From a virus: a DNA stretch of 64,000 bases. Shown here piece by piece: positions 1-10,782 of the stretch (its first letter is position 1; every line of letters starts with the position of its first letter). The stretch is taken from the IMG/VR virus record IMGVR_UViG_3300042450_000503, positions 2,479 through 66,478 of that record; one strand, given 5' to 3'. A model generated the notes under the pieces. The model was not told the DNA's origin and searched no databases. It saw only the letters and a list, made by a program, of their open reading frames with translations. The position numbers were made by a program, and so were the translations under genes.

Positions 1-790
1 AGTATTTTCGATACCCATAAATGGCAAAACTTTCAGGATTGGTACTTATGCCATAGTTACCAGCATATTGTTGAACCTGGCCAATTACTTGAGCTCCTGA
101 AGTAGTCATTGGCTGACCCTCTGCGGAATAAATTGCATCTTTATCAATTAAGGCTCTACTTACTTTTAATTCTTGAAATATAATTAAGTTTGTGTCTTCT
201 GCATATAATTTTTGTATTGAACCAACCGAAGGATCAACACCTCTAGTTATATCTTCTCCAACAGAAAATTGATTTGTATTATTTACTCCCGTTCTAGAAT
301 TTAATACACCTGAATATATCAATGTGCTTATTAAATGCTGCTGCTTAGAATCTGGCTCTATTAGGTAGGCCTTAACGCCAAGATCTACATCGGTATTATT
401 ATAACCTCCTTGTATTCTGGACTCTTCAACAAACCAATCAGAAGACTGTTCAAAATAAGCATTAGGTATATATGTAAAATCAGCTATAGGCCCAAAAGTT
501 AATACATTTAATACTGACGGAGCGCTATATTGTAATATTGATACCGGCTTATTTAAAGTTATGGTTGTACCATTTACATAGATAACTGAAGGCAACACAT
601 TTTCTGTTATACCTATCCACGAAACTAATTGCCCTACATTTATCTCTGGATTTGCGGTAGTTAATACTATAGTAGCACTGTTTGTAACATTTGCAGATAA
701 TGTGCTAACAGTATTAATTACATCCACAATACTATCCAACTTTTTCAACCAAAATGAATTGAAATATTTTAATTCTAATGTTGCTGCCAT
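1..790 (-). CDS. Tail stabilization protein, C-terminal-half homologue (runs off window start)
   Basis: Not in ORF track; ATG at 790, open to position 1: MAATLELKYFNSFWLKK...WFVEESRIQGGYN...LIYSGVLNSRTGVNNTNQF...GSIQKLYAEDTNLIIFQE...YGISTNPESFAIYGYRKY, motifs typical of crAss-like stabilization proteins. Confidence 0.75.
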   Translation of the reverse strand, partial: MAATLELKYFNSFWLKKLDSIVDVINTVSTLSANVTNSATIVLTTANPEINVGQLVSWIGITENVLPSVIYVNGTTITLNKPVSILQYSAPSVLNVLTFGPIADFTYIPNAYFEQSSDWFVEESRIQGGYNNTDVDLGVKAYLIEPDSKQQHLISTLIYSGVLNSRTGVNNTNQFSVGEDITRGVDPSVGSIQKLYAEDTNLIIFQELKVSRALIDKDAIYSAEGQPMTTSGAQVIGQVQQYAGNYGISTNPESFAIYGYRKY

Positions 791-828
791 AATTAATAAT
801 TACTTGTTTTTATTCTTTTTTAACTTAT

Positions 829-3800
829 TTATAATGGTAATGTTGTAAATTCATAAGGAAAATATGCTCCATTAATATAACCAACGCTTTGCTCAATATA
901 AAACAAAACATAATATTTAGTGTTAGGCAATAAGCCTGTTATTGTATAACTTTGTATTGTAGGACTATTTGTAATATTGTAAGAAGTTAAAGGATATATA
1001 TCTTTGGTAGGCGTGGTGCAATCAGTTGCCCATGTTAACCAGTATGATATTCCAACCCCATCTGCCGTAAACCAAACAGTTGCATCAGTTGTTGTAATAT
1101 TACTTATATTTCTAATCCGTAAATTACTGCCAAAAACATCATATGATCCAGATAATCTATATGTTATAAAAGGAACAGTATAATAAAATGGGCTTGCGTA
1201 TCTAAAATCTCTATTATAACCTAATATAGTGCTAAGCCCGGGTAAAGTCACTACTGCTCCGGTGTTAGAAACTTTAGCAGAATTAAAAGCCATATAAAAA
1301 GCGTCAGTATTCAAGATATTTTGAGTAACCGGGAATGTTGAATTTTGAAAAGTATAAAATCTATTAGCTATAGGAGGCGCCCATAATGTTTGAAAACTAG
1401 AAGTTGTAAAAAATTGGTTTACAAATGTAGCGTCTTTGCTTTGAACATATATATATTGATGAGGCTTCCAAGAAATAGAACTTGTTTGAAATGATTCTTT
1501 AAAAGTAAGAGTTGTTCCATTTGGAATAGTATTATTACTAGACAATGTTATTAAACTGCCCGCTGGATTCACATTAGTTATTTGAGTACTAGCATTTAAC
1601 CATAATCCTTCCGCTAATAATCCATTAATAGATTCAGAAGTAGGTGCTATTGTAACGGAATTTGCGGATGGCTGCGTGCCAACAGATACTATTCCGGTTG
1701 ATATAAAATTAAATCCAGTTGAAGGGTCCTGCGTTAAATAAGGTACGCCATTTGGATAATTAGTTAAAAATTCACTTAATCCAATTAAATATCTTTCTTT
1801 AGGAAAGAAAGGGCCATTGTATAATGGTAAACCAACGCTTGGTGTTGGATATATTTTATTGTAATAATAATTTGCGTCTTCTACAACAGCGTATATACCT
1901 AATGCACCAGTAGTTCCTGGGTTGTTAACTCTTTTAATAGCAAAGCAATATTCCCCTGGAGTAGATACTCTTACAATTCCAGTAGTTGCTGCCGGTAAGG
2001 TAGAGTCACCATTACAATAAACTTGTATTGCAGCATTCCAATCTGCAACAGTTGTTCCGGCGTTATTTGCGTCTTTAACTAATTGCCATGTGTTATTAGG
2101 CGCTTGACTAGATTGTCTATAATAAATTAATAATCTAGCCTCAGCTTCAGCAGAGCCTTCATCAACTCCAGCAGCCTGTGATTGTAATTTAAACCGTAAA
2201 CTTCCTTTTGTTAAGCCCGTAGGGCTTGGCAAGCTTGGAGGTATTGGATATATCCCCTGCGTTATATTTTGCCAAGATGGGTTTATAATCACGGCCCAGC
2301 CTCCACCCGCAATTAACCCGGGAGGCGTAGGTAATTCACTAACTAGATTAGTTGTTCTATCCCCTACATAAACAGCAAAAAAAGTGCCGCCTTCCCAATA
2401 ATCACCTTGATTATCCCAATATTCTAAATTAGTAGAAATTGTTTCAGGCCCAACTGTTATTGTAAATGAAACGGTATCTTCTAAAGTAGAATAATCAAGA
2501 TCTATATTTATTAATGGAGATGGCGGGTTTGTAGCAAAGGACATAGCGTCCTGTACTTTAACAGAAATAGGATAAACCCCTAAAGGTATATTAGGATCAA
2601 TTAAACTTAATACTCCAGTAGCAGCCGTTAAACTAAAATAATTCATATTATTTCCTGATAATATACTAAAATATAGTCCGTCTTGATCGTCAACTTGCGC
2701 GGGAATTGATTTATGAGCCCCGTTTGTAGCTGTTAATGTTACAATATTAGTAGCGTTTGCACTAATAACCCTATCATATTGAGAATCTGGCAATAAAAAT
2801 TTTGGAGCAGCATTTTTAAGTCTACCTGTAAATTGTAATTGTGATGCAATACCTGAGTATGTTGCTAATATTTTAAAAGTAAAGGAACTTTCTGTAGGAG
2901 CATTAAAATTAAATAAAAAATCATTTAAAATTTTAACTCTATAAGTCTTAGGTAAAGACCCCGCAACTAATGCAAATTTACTAACAAAATTAATAGGTAT
3001 TGGGGCTGCATTATTGTAAACAGAAACTAATTGGATGCTATCTAATGTTAAAGCAATATTTGTATTATTTAATACATAGAATTCATCTGTTATATATGGA
3101 GAATCATCATATCCAGTATGATCTGGATCAACATCTGAGCCAAGTGGATTTTGTGACTCTCTAAAATCAAATCCAACATCGCTAAGTTGAGAAGCTCCGT
3201 CAAAACCAGTATTTACGTCAAAATTAAGATCTGATATATAACCAGTGCTTGCGGTTTCCCAAAATATATCTAATAATGATTCAACGGGTCGGGTTTCATA
3301 TACGCTCAATGTAGGTAGCATGTTATCAGCAACCTCCCCAATTGATTTAGACGTAGAAACTCTTCCAATTAAAGGATTATTTTCTAATTGATAAAAATTT
3401 AATCCAGCAGTGCCTTTTATATTATCTACTGTATTTTGTAAAAAATTAAGATCCGTTGCATACGCAATTGTATTAACCAAGTCAGCTTTTCTAACTGGAT
3501 AATATTGAATATTTTCTGCTTTTGTTATTATAAAATCTTTCCATTCGCCACCTATAGCATTTGCATCTAATAAGACGTTAGGGGGTGTAAATTTTATTAT
3601 GCCGGTATTTCCGGTAATATCTATAGGATCTATTTCAATGGAACTTATAACCGTATTTTTAAACCAAGGATAAGGTAAAGATTGCCCTCCTGGAGGGGTT
3701 GGATTATTTACTGGTACGGCGGCCTGCACACATTGTATCCCATCTCCAACTTTTATAATTCTCATAAAATTTGCTACTTGACTTGAAATAGAAAATTTTA

Positions 3801-6405
3801 TTGTATCGGCTGTATAATTAGTTACAATATTTTCACCCAATAAAGGAATTTTAGTAGAATAGTTTTCTACTCTTCCATATAATTCAACACTACTTCTGTA
3901 TTGTGTTTGATCAGGGCCAACTTCATTTAAATCTCTTGGCACTTTATTAATATTATCATTTATTAAAACTATATGGGCAGTTTTATTGGTTTCATTTACA
4001 GGAAAATTAGTAATATTTATTCCGTTTTGCAATGAACTTGTTTGGGAAGATGTAGCTCCAAATACTGTTATAGGTAAATTAACACCTGATGTTGGCGGAG
4101 TTTGATCTATTGCAAAAGTAGTAGCGTTTATTATTTGATTTACTATTGCCGCGGTTGGAGAAGGTAATATTCCAGATATTGAATCCCCAATCTTAAGCAA
4201 TGAAGTTGTATATAATCCACCAGGCAAAGTTATTACCGTAGATCCAGAACTCCATGATACATTTGGTATTTGTGTTGTATATGAAGTTGTAGGGTCTGTA
4301 TATATAACTTGAGAACCAGAGGTTTGTTTATATGGATAGCCATTCAACATTCCTGGAAGATATACATTATAGTAATCTTGTTCTTTTTGTTTTACAACTA
4401 CTTTATAAGAATACCACCCTATTTGATTTAAACTATATGAATATTTAATATCAGGAGGCGAGTTTGTTCCGGTCCAATTATATATATCATTTATTGCCCC
4501 ATCGGTTACTAAACTTCCTTCACTTGAGCCTTGCAATACTTTTACATAATCCGTATATTTTCCCCTTAAGTATGTTCCGTCAATAGGAAAGTTTCTTTCA
4601 GCGGGTAAGGCAGCTAATGTATAGGTATATATATTATCATTGGTCCCGCTTATTGCCCCTGCCGTTATTTGAAACCCGGACGTAGTATTCCCAAGCGTTG
4701 CTCCTGAAATTGTTGCGTATAATCCAGGGGTTCCATTTGGAATACTTCTTGTTGATTTTATTGTATCATTTACTAATAAAGTTAATGCATTTCCAAACCA
4801 TTTTTTTACGCCTGGAAACAATAAGTTATTTTCAGCAATATATGGAGCATATACAGTTGAACCGCTAAACCCAGCTGTTTTTTCTAGATCTACAGTAGAC
4901 AATATTACAGATGATTGTCTTCCAAATTTATCGCTTAATATAAACCCAACTTGGTAATTCCTGTTTTGTTTTAATGTGTGGTTAGGGTATTCTATAAAAT
5001 TAGAAAATATATCATTCTTTGGTTGAATGGATGCATTGTAATTTATAGAAGTAGGCGCATTATAATTAGTATATATATTACCATATATAATTCTATTACT
5101 AACTATCTCTTGAGTTAAAGCTCTAGTTGGAATCTTATCATAAACCCTAACAATTTGTTCTTCTGTTAATGTTTTATATGGCTTTTGTGATTGGTATGTA
5201 TATGTATATATATTTGTATTTAAGTTATATAAATCAGAGACAGGTATTGAATCTAATACTTTAGGTATATTAGAGTTTGATTCTTTGTATAAAATTTCAA
5301 TTGATTGTATTTTATATGAATTAATAATATTTTTACCAATATCAGGTAATGGAACTAATATTTCTATATTATTAGTGTTATTAATCATCCATTTTATTAT
5401 AGTGCTTCTATATGCGGCTTGTTCATCACCATTTATGAAATATCCTTTTTGATTTGGAATAAATGCTATTTGTGAAAAAGGAGATAATAAAGAATATTCA
5501 TTATCGTCAAATTTAAATCTATAACTAAATCTAACATATTTATTCTCTAAATAAGCAGGATCCCCCGGCCAATTAGGATTCTCCTCCTGGTTGGACATTG
5601 TGGATATTAAAAATGTTAATGCATCTCCATTGGTAATATGTGGGGCTGGTGTAGCTTGATATAATGTAACAACATTACCAACAACCCCGGTAACAATCAT
5701 AAAATCATCACCTGAAATTGTATTTGATATTAAAGTCATACCTTTTATAATGCCTGTTGCAGATGCAACCGTAATATTTAAATAAGGCGCCGTTTGAGTT
5801 GCGGTAGCAGTCGTAGTAATTTTTTTATATAATAAAGGACTTTCTATAGGCGCGTATTTAGCAACAGATATTTGTACTTCATCTGTATAATAATTTGGAT
5901 TGGCTATAGCGCTAAAATAATTTATTTTTCTAGGTTGATTTCTATTGTCGGTCCAAAATAGCAATCCTTCTATTAAATTTAAACCTAATATTAAATTTGT
6001 TTTAGAAAAATTTAAAAATGATCCTTCAACTAAAGTGCTGTAAATGGCGGTATTAAAATCATATACCGTTATTTTATGCACCGTATTTACTGGAGCTAAA
6101 TTAATTTCAGCAGGTACTAAGTCTGTATAATTTGTTAAAAATTGGTATATTCTATTATTTTGATTGTCCATGAACATTCCTATGCATTCTAAGCCTACCG
6201 CAGTTTCTAATGGTAATTTTATACCATTAACAACTTTAGTTAATTGGTAATTACCTAAAACATTTTGCAATGTACCAATACTATCTTGTTCCGATTTACC
6301 AACCGATATATTTAAAGCATCTCTATATTCACTATTTGGTATAAGTCTATCGTCTAAATCTTTATTCATTTTAGATGATAGAAAACTATTTTTTACTTCA
6401 GCCAT
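829..6405 (-). CDS. Tail stabilization/muzzle-like protein with cadherin-like and FN3-like C-terminal domains
   Basis: 1858 aa; N-term SKMNKDLDDRLIPNSEYRDALNI, LFWTDNRNQPRKIN, RFSYRFKFDDNEYS, TLKQNRNYQVG; position after ring genes. Confidence 0.75.
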   Translation of the reverse strand: MAEVKNSFLSSKMNKDLDDRLIPNSEYRDALNISVGKSEQDSIGTLQNVLGNYQLTKVVNGIKLPLETAVGLECIGMFMDNQNNRIYQFLTNYTDLVPAEINLAPVNTVHKITVYDFNTAIYSTLVEGSFLNFSKTNLILGLNLIEGLLFWTDNRNQPRKINYFSAIANPNYYTDEVQISVAKYAPIESPLLYKKITTTATATQTAPYLNITVASATGIIKGMTLISNTISGDDFMIVTGVVGNVVTLYQATPAPHITNGDALTFLISTMSNQEENPNWPGDPAYLENKYVRFSYRFKFDDNEYSLLSPFSQIAFIPNQKGYFINGDEQAAYRSTIIKWMINNTNNIEILVPLPDIGKNIINSYKIQSIEILYKESNSNIPKVLDSIPVSDLYNLNTNIYTYTYQSQKPYKTLTEEQIVRVYDKIPTRALTQEIVSNRIIYGNIYTNYNAPTSINYNASIQPKNDIFSNFIEYPNHTLKQNRNYQVGFILSDKFGRQSSVILSTVDLEKTAGFSGSTVYAPYIAENNLLFPGVKKWFGNALTLLVNDTIKSTRSIPNGTPGLYATISGATLGNTTSGFQITAGAISGTNDNIYTYTLAALPAERNFPIDGTYLRGKYTDYVKVLQGSSEGSLVTDGAINDIYNWTGTNSPPDIKYSYSLNQIGWYSYKVVVKQKEQDYYNVYLPGMLNGYPYKQTSGSQVIYTDPTTSYTTQIPNVSWSSGSTVITLPGGLYTTSLLKIGDSISGILPSPTAAIVNQIINATTFAIDQTPPTSGVNLPITVFGATSSQTSSLQNGINITNFPVNETNKTAHIVLINDNINKVPRDLNEVGPDQTQYRSSVELYGRVENYSTKIPLLGENIVTNYTADTIKFSISSQVANFMRIIKVGDGIQCVQAAVPVNNPTPPGGQSLPYPWFKNTVISSIEIDPIDITGNTGIIKFTPPNVLLDANAIGGEWKDFIITKAENIQYYPVRKADLVNTIAYATDLNFLQNTVDNIKGTAGLNFYQLENNPLIGRVSTSKSIGEVADNMLPTLSVYETRPVESLLDIFWETASTGYISDLNFDVNTGFDGASQLSDVGFDFRESQNPLGSDVDPDHTGYDDSPYITDEFYVLNNTNIALTLDSIQLVSVYNNAAPIPINFVSKFALVAGSLPKTYRVKILNDFLFNFNAPTESSFTFKILATYSGIASQLQFTGRLKNAAPKFLLPDSQYDRVISANATNIVTLTATNGAHKSIPAQVDDQDGLYFSILSGNNMNYFSLTAATGVLSLIDPNIPLGVYPISVKVQDAMSFATNPPSPLINIDLDYSTLEDTVSFTITVGPETISTNLEYWDNQGDYWEGGTFFAVYVGDRTTNLVSELPTPPGLIAGGGWAVIINPSWQNITQGIYPIPPSLPSPTGLTKGSLRFKLQSQAAGVDEGSAEAEARLLIYYRQSSQAPNNTWQLVKDANNAGTTVADWNAAIQVYCNGDSTLPAATTGIVRVSTPGEYCFAIKRVNNPGTTGALGIYAVVEDANYYYNKIYPTPSVGLPLYNGPFFPKERYLIGLSEFLTNYPNGVPYLTQDPSTGFNFISTGIVSVGTQPSANSVTIAPTSESINGLLAEGLWLNASTQITNVNPAGSLITLSSNNTIPNGTTLTFKESFQTSSISWKPHQYIYVQSKDATFVNQFFTTSSFQTLWAPPIANRFYTFQNSTFPVTQNILNTDAFYMAFNSAKVSNTGAVVTLPGLSTILGYNRDFRYASPFYYTVPFITYRLSGSYDVFGSNLRIRNISNITTTDATVWFTADGVGISYWLTWATDCTTPTKDIYPLTSYNITNSPTIQSYTITGLLPNTKYYVLFYIEQSVGYINGAYFPYEFTTLPL

Positions 6406-6410
6406 TTATT

Positions 6411-7655
6411 TTAGTGTTTAATCCATTTCGACTTCCCTCTTAATACTTGTGTAATCTCTTCTAATTTAATATTAGAAAGTCTAATTTTTGTGTTTCTTAA
6501 CTTTGCTGTTTTTTCTCTACGAAGTCTTTGTACTAAATATTCAGGTTGATTTATACGTAAAGAAATAACAGCGTGAATAATATAAGCATATAAAGCCTCT
6601 TCCGCTAATTTAGGCACTTTTGTGTCTAAATCATAAGCCAATCCATCTGATATATATTCTAATACAATAAGTTTATCTCTTAGATCACTACTAAAAGACA
6701 TTTTACCTTCTCTATCATTTATTGTAAAATAACCATTAATATTTGCATATTGCGGATCTAAACCGTATTGGCGCCCGTAAGCATAATAGTCCCATTGGTA
6801 TCCGTCTCCATAATTATTTATATTGTTTGCGCCATTTTGTAGGCCAAACAAATTAAGGAAATTATCATTGGCCCATCTTTCTTCTGTTAATGAATCTCCT
6901 TCAATATTATCACTAAAATTATCTTGTATAGGAACACCTCGAGTATCTTGTATAGGATTTTCATAAGGGTTTATAGTAAGATTATTTGCTGGATATATTG
7001 GGTGTTTAACTCCGTAATCGTCAATCCATGATACCTTAACATAGTTAACATAGTCTTGAGGCAATATAATACTTAAACTGGGCGGTATATTTAATTCCAT
7101 AGAATGGATGCTTTTTAAAGTATCATAGCTAAACTCTTGCATTGCGCGCTTAGCGTGAAATATTACATCCGTTCTTTTAACATCACTAATTAATTTTCCG
7201 GTTCCAACATATGCGACCATAAAATTATTAATAACATCGTTTAAAGTAATATAAGAATAGCTACCATAATTTTCTTCAACGGTGTTGCCATATGCATAAC
7301 TGCCAGGTATTAATGGATTTCCATAATTACCACCATCTAATGTTTTAAGCTGTACAACTATATAACTATTTAAGGCCGGAGCATTACCTACGGTAAATAC
7401 AATTGCATTTCCTAAAACAGAATAATTTGCAATAACCTCTGTAAAACTACCTGGAAAACCGGTGGAGCTAATATATAATTTGTAATTATTTAAGGCATAG
7501 TCAATATCGTTTGGATCGTAGCCGCCGTAAATTAAATCCGTATTAAACGTTGTTAAAAAAGTAAGATTAGTACCACTTGTTTGTATAAAGCCCTGTGCTC
7601 CTTCGTAGTATTGTCTATTTGTTTCAGTAATTAAACCGTTATTAGGTGTTGGCAT
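6411..7655 (-). CDS. Tail tubular/ring protein
   Basis: 414 aa; LPQDYVNYVKVSW and LEYISDGL motifs; position between capsid and stabilization genes. Confidence 0.65.
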   Translation of the reverse strand: MPTPNNGLITETNRQYYEGAQGFIQTSGTNLTFLTTFNTDLIYGGYDPNDIDYALNNYKLYISSTGFPGSFTEVIANYSVLGNAIVFTVGNAPALNSYIVVQLKTLDGGNYGNPLIPGSYAYGNTVEENYGSYSYITLNDVINNFMVAYVGTGKLISDVKRTDVIFHAKRAMQEFSYDTLKSIHSMELNIPPSLSIILPQDYVNYVKVSWIDDYGVKHPIYPANNLTINPYENPIQDTRGVPIQDNFSDNIEGDSLTEERWANDNFLNLFGLQNGANNINNYGDGYQWDYYAYGRQYGLDPQYANINGYFTINDREGKMSFSSDLRDKLIVLEYISDGLAYDLDTKVPKLAEEALYAYIIHAVISLRINQPEYLVQRLRREKTAKLRNTKIRLSNIKLEEITQVLRGKSKWIKH

Positions 7656-7661
7656 AATTTA

Positions 7662-8375
7662 TTAGCTTTTTGAATTAATGGTTTCTGCTTGCACTTGTTG
7701 CGCTGCAACTTGTACAATTTGAGGATCATTAATAACAATTCCTGAATAAAGTAATATTCTTGTTATTAAATTAGTTTGTTCGCTAGGATGCAACTCGAAG
7801 TCTTGAGAGCCAACCGGAGTATACATATATTGATAAGTAGGCGCTGTTGCCGTAAAATTCCATTTTGGATCAGCGGGTTTATGTATATAAGTACAAGATA
7901 TTCCTGAAGTTATGGTTGTTGGGTATACTTTAATTATTGAATTTTTATATGTATATACCGGCCAATAATTTGAAGGTTTAGTTATTGGGGATAAATTTAG
8001 TTCTAATAGCTCATTTGGTTGAACGTATTGGACTTCTTTATCATCATTATATATTACTGTTCCCAACTTATAAAAGTTCGTTACAGGAGGCGAATTAAGT
8101 GCCCCTGGAATATTAAATCCACCAGTTGTAGGTAGACAAGTTCCATCTGTTTGAAAAATAGCAATTTTTTGTTGTAGATTTTTTATACGATCACTGTATT
8201 CGGTATCATTATCTGGTACTCGAACCTGTTGATTCAAATCTTCAAAATATTCATTAAATATTTCTAATTGAACTTGCGTTGCGGTTTTATTAAATTCATC
8301 AGGAGTTAAATAGCCTCTTTGTTCCTTATTAATTATTAATAAAACAGTTCTATAAACCGTGTCTACATTTACCAT
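7662..8375 (-). CDS. Head-tail ring/adaptor protein
   Basis: 237 aa; VDTVYRTVLLIINKEQRGYLTPDEFN N-terminus; synteny. Confidence 0.6.
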   Translation of the reverse strand: MVNVDTVYRTVLLIINKEQRGYLTPDEFNKTATQVQLEIFNEYFEDLNQQVRVPDNDTEYSDRIKNLQQKIAIFQTDGTCLPTTGGFNIPGALNSPPVTNFYKLGTVIYNDDKEVQYVQPNELLELNLSPITKPSNYWPVYTYKNSIIKVYPTTITSGISCTYIHKPADPKWNFTATAPTYQYMYTPVGSQDFELHPSEQTNLITRILLYSGIVINDPQIVQVAAQQVQAETINSKS

Positions 8376-8452
8376 TTGTTATATTTATTATAATATTTAG
8401 GCAGATACTGTACAAATATGCACAATATCTACCTATATATTAGTATTACGTA

Positions 8453-9220
8453 TTATTTTATTTTTTTCTCTATAGACTTGAAAACTTCTATACCTTCGTC
8501 AGTCTTAAAGAATGCAGCCATTGCTGAGTATGGATTTTCATCAAATGGAATAGTCATTAATTTTTTATTATTTGACGCCCAATTAAATGTTCTTTGGTCT
8601 TGTGATAAAGTCATAATGCCTAATTCAACTGCTCTGATAGCAAGGTTTCTAAGCTGTACGTTTTCATCATTTGCTAATTCAATAAACAAAGAAGGATTAT
8701 TTCTTGCGAATAAAAGCAAGTCTCTTCTAATTTCTTTTGAACTCATTTCCGACACTTTAGAACCAATTTCCACTCTAAGTATTGCTTCTGCTTGATCAAC
8801 CTCAATTGCCATTGCGGCATTTAAAGCTTCAACTTGTAATTCTAAAATATCTAATTCATCTTCTGCAACTTCTATAGCGTCAAATTCTGCGTAAAGTTTA
8901 TTGCGTAAAGGATGATATAAAGATAATAATTTTTGTAAATTTTGTTTTTCTTTTGAAACTCTTAAATCGCCGTTTTCAAAAGTAATATGCCCTATTGTTG
9001 CCTCTCCTTTTTGTTCATCTACAAAACAAGAGTCTTGATTGGTTGCATATCTAATTTCTTTTTGCTTCTTTGAATCTTCATCAAAATATAATAAAGCATG
9101 TTTTTTTGTGTGCTTACTAGGTATCGTAAGTGTTAAAGGAGTTTCGTCTCCTTTTAAATAATAAATTCTGTCTTTAACTTCCCATGTAATTTCAACGGGT
9201 TTTTTTACTTGTTTTTCCAT
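8453..9220 (-). CDS. Conserved capsid-module protein downstream of MCP
   Basis: 255 aa; EIRYATNQ motif; synteny with crAss-like capsid modules. Confidence 0.55.
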   Translation of the reverse strand: MEKQVKKPVEITWEVKDRIYYLKGDETPLTLTIPSKHTKKHALLYFDEDSKKQKEIRYATNQDSCFVDEQKGEATIGHITFENGDLRVSKEKQNLQKLLSLYHPLRNKLYAEFDAIEVAEDELDILELQVEALNAAMAIEVDQAEAILRVEIGSKVSEMSSKEIRRDLLLFARNNPSLFIELANDENVQLRNLAIRAVELGIMTLSQDQRTFNWASNNKKLMTIPFDENPYSAMAAFFKTDEGIEVFKSIEKKIK

Positions 9221-9253
9221 AATATAATATAATTTAATAATTTTTTTTAAAAG

Positions 9254-9295
9254 AGTAGTGTCTACCCCCGCACTTTCAGCGAGGGTAAACCTACT
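9254..9295 (-). terminator. Hairpin after major capsid gene
   Basis: Imperfect inverted repeat AGTAG..TACCC/GGGTA..CTACT just past the MCP stop, short T-run on minus strand. Confidence 0.5.
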
Positions 9296-9307
9296 ATGTA
9301 ACTAATA

Positions 9308-10765
9308 TTAGATACCTTTGAACAATACAAAGTTATTAGCCGCTTGAGTAACTAAACATCTTTCAGACAAGAAGTTTACCTCCATTGCATCAAGAGTAGA
9401 AGTTTGTGCTCCACCAGCAGATCCAGTTAACCAAGATTTCATTCTTCTATCGTCAGCTTGAGAAGCTCTATAACGAACGTGTAAGAAAGGTCTACGGATA
9501 TTTGTACCTAATTGTTGATCGTAAACTGTAGTAGTTCCAGCAGGAATTAATACACCTTCGATTGAATTGATACCAACAATACCTCCACGAGTAGAAGCGT
9601 CATTTAAGTATTTCCAGTCAGTTTTATAGAAATCGTAAGATCCTCTACGGAAACCAGAGAAACCTAAGTTCAATGCCATCTCTTCAGAATTTTCAAACAA
9701 TCCGTAAGCAACTCCACCAGCAGCGCCAGAAGATAATGCAGCAAGCATATCATCAAAATCTAAAGCAGTTTGTCTTTGTAAGAACAACATGTTTTCTTCA
9801 ATAGCTCCTTGAGTATCTAAGTTTTTAAGGATTTGATCAAATGCATCTAATCCACCAGCAGCAGTAAATCCTACTTCTACATTTCCTCTTGCTTTAATAG
9901 CGGCAAAAAGACCTTGAGTTCCAGGTAATTGAGAAGCTTGATAAGCTCCAGCTCCAGTAGCTAAGTTCAATTCACCCTCTACCATAGACATTTCTAAGTA
10001 ATCTTCAAAACGTAATCTTGTTTCAGATTCAGCTTTTAAGAACCATAAGAAACCACCGGTTCCATCTTCAGTAGCAACTTCAACCCACCCAATTTGAGCC
10101 ATATCAGATCCGTTGATAACGTATTGATTTCTGATAATAACAGGAGAGTTTGAGTACTGAGTAAGAACAGGATTAACACTATTTCTAGCAGCAGAGTTAC
10201 CAGCACCAGTTCCAATAGTTGTTCCTTTAGTATAGTCAGAACCATAAACAAACACTTTCAATCCGCTAGCAGCGAATCCTTGAGTTGTAAGAGAAGTTCC
10301 TTTGTAAAGTTGTACAGAGAAACTACCAGCAGTACCTACACCTACAGTTGAAGCTGTAACAATACCTTTTGCTTCTAAACCATTTACAGGGTCTAAAATT
10401 ACAACGGTATCATTAATAGATATAACGTTTGTAGGGCTTCCAGTTGCACTTAAAGTGATTGTACTAGGATTAACTCCAGTACCACCATTTGCTTGAGTAC
10501 ATCCAACGTAAGCAATGTGTAATCTGTTTTGTTCAGACCAAATAACTTGATCAGAAGACATTGGCATTTCAGCGCCAACCATTCTTAAAAATCCTGCTAA
10601 TGTTCTGTTACCGTAGCGTTCTACTTCAGCTTCATAAATTTCAGGTAAATATTGTTGTGCAAAGTCGTTCCCTGCACCCGTGTTGAACTGTAAATAGTTT
10701 GTGTTCAACAATTGTTGCACTTGCGAAGGTATAATACTTCCAAATGTAGGCGTTAATGTTGCCAT
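9308..10765 (-). CDS. Major capsid protein
   Basis: 485 aa; follows terminase-portal-scaffold; WSEQNRLH, LPGTQGLFAAIKARGN, NLGFSGFRRGSYDFYK; codon usage distinct from neighbours. Confidence 0.85.
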   Translation of the reverse strand: MATLTPTFGSIIPSQVQQLLNTNYLQFNTGAGNDFAQQYLPEIYEAEVERYGNRTLAGFLRMVGAEMPMSSDQVIWSEQNRLHIAYVGCTQANGGTGVNPSTITLSATGSPTNVISINDTVVILDPVNGLEAKGIVTASTVGVGTAGSFSVQLYKGTSLTTQGFAASGLKVFVYGSDYTKGTTIGTGAGNSAARNSVNPVLTQYSNSPVIIRNQYVINGSDMAQIGWVEVATEDGTGGFLWFLKAESETRLRFEDYLEMSMVEGELNLATGAGAYQASQLPGTQGLFAAIKARGNVEVGFTAAGGLDAFDQILKNLDTQGAIEENMLFLQRQTALDFDDMLAALSSGAAGGVAYGLFENSEEMALNLGFSGFRRGSYDFYKTDWKYLNDASTRGGIVGINSIEGVLIPAGTTTVYDQQLGTNIRRPFLHVRYRASQADDRRMKSWLTGSAGGAQTSTLDAMEVNFLSERCLVTQAANNFVLFKGI

Positions 10766-10782
10766 AATGTTGTGGGTTTAAT

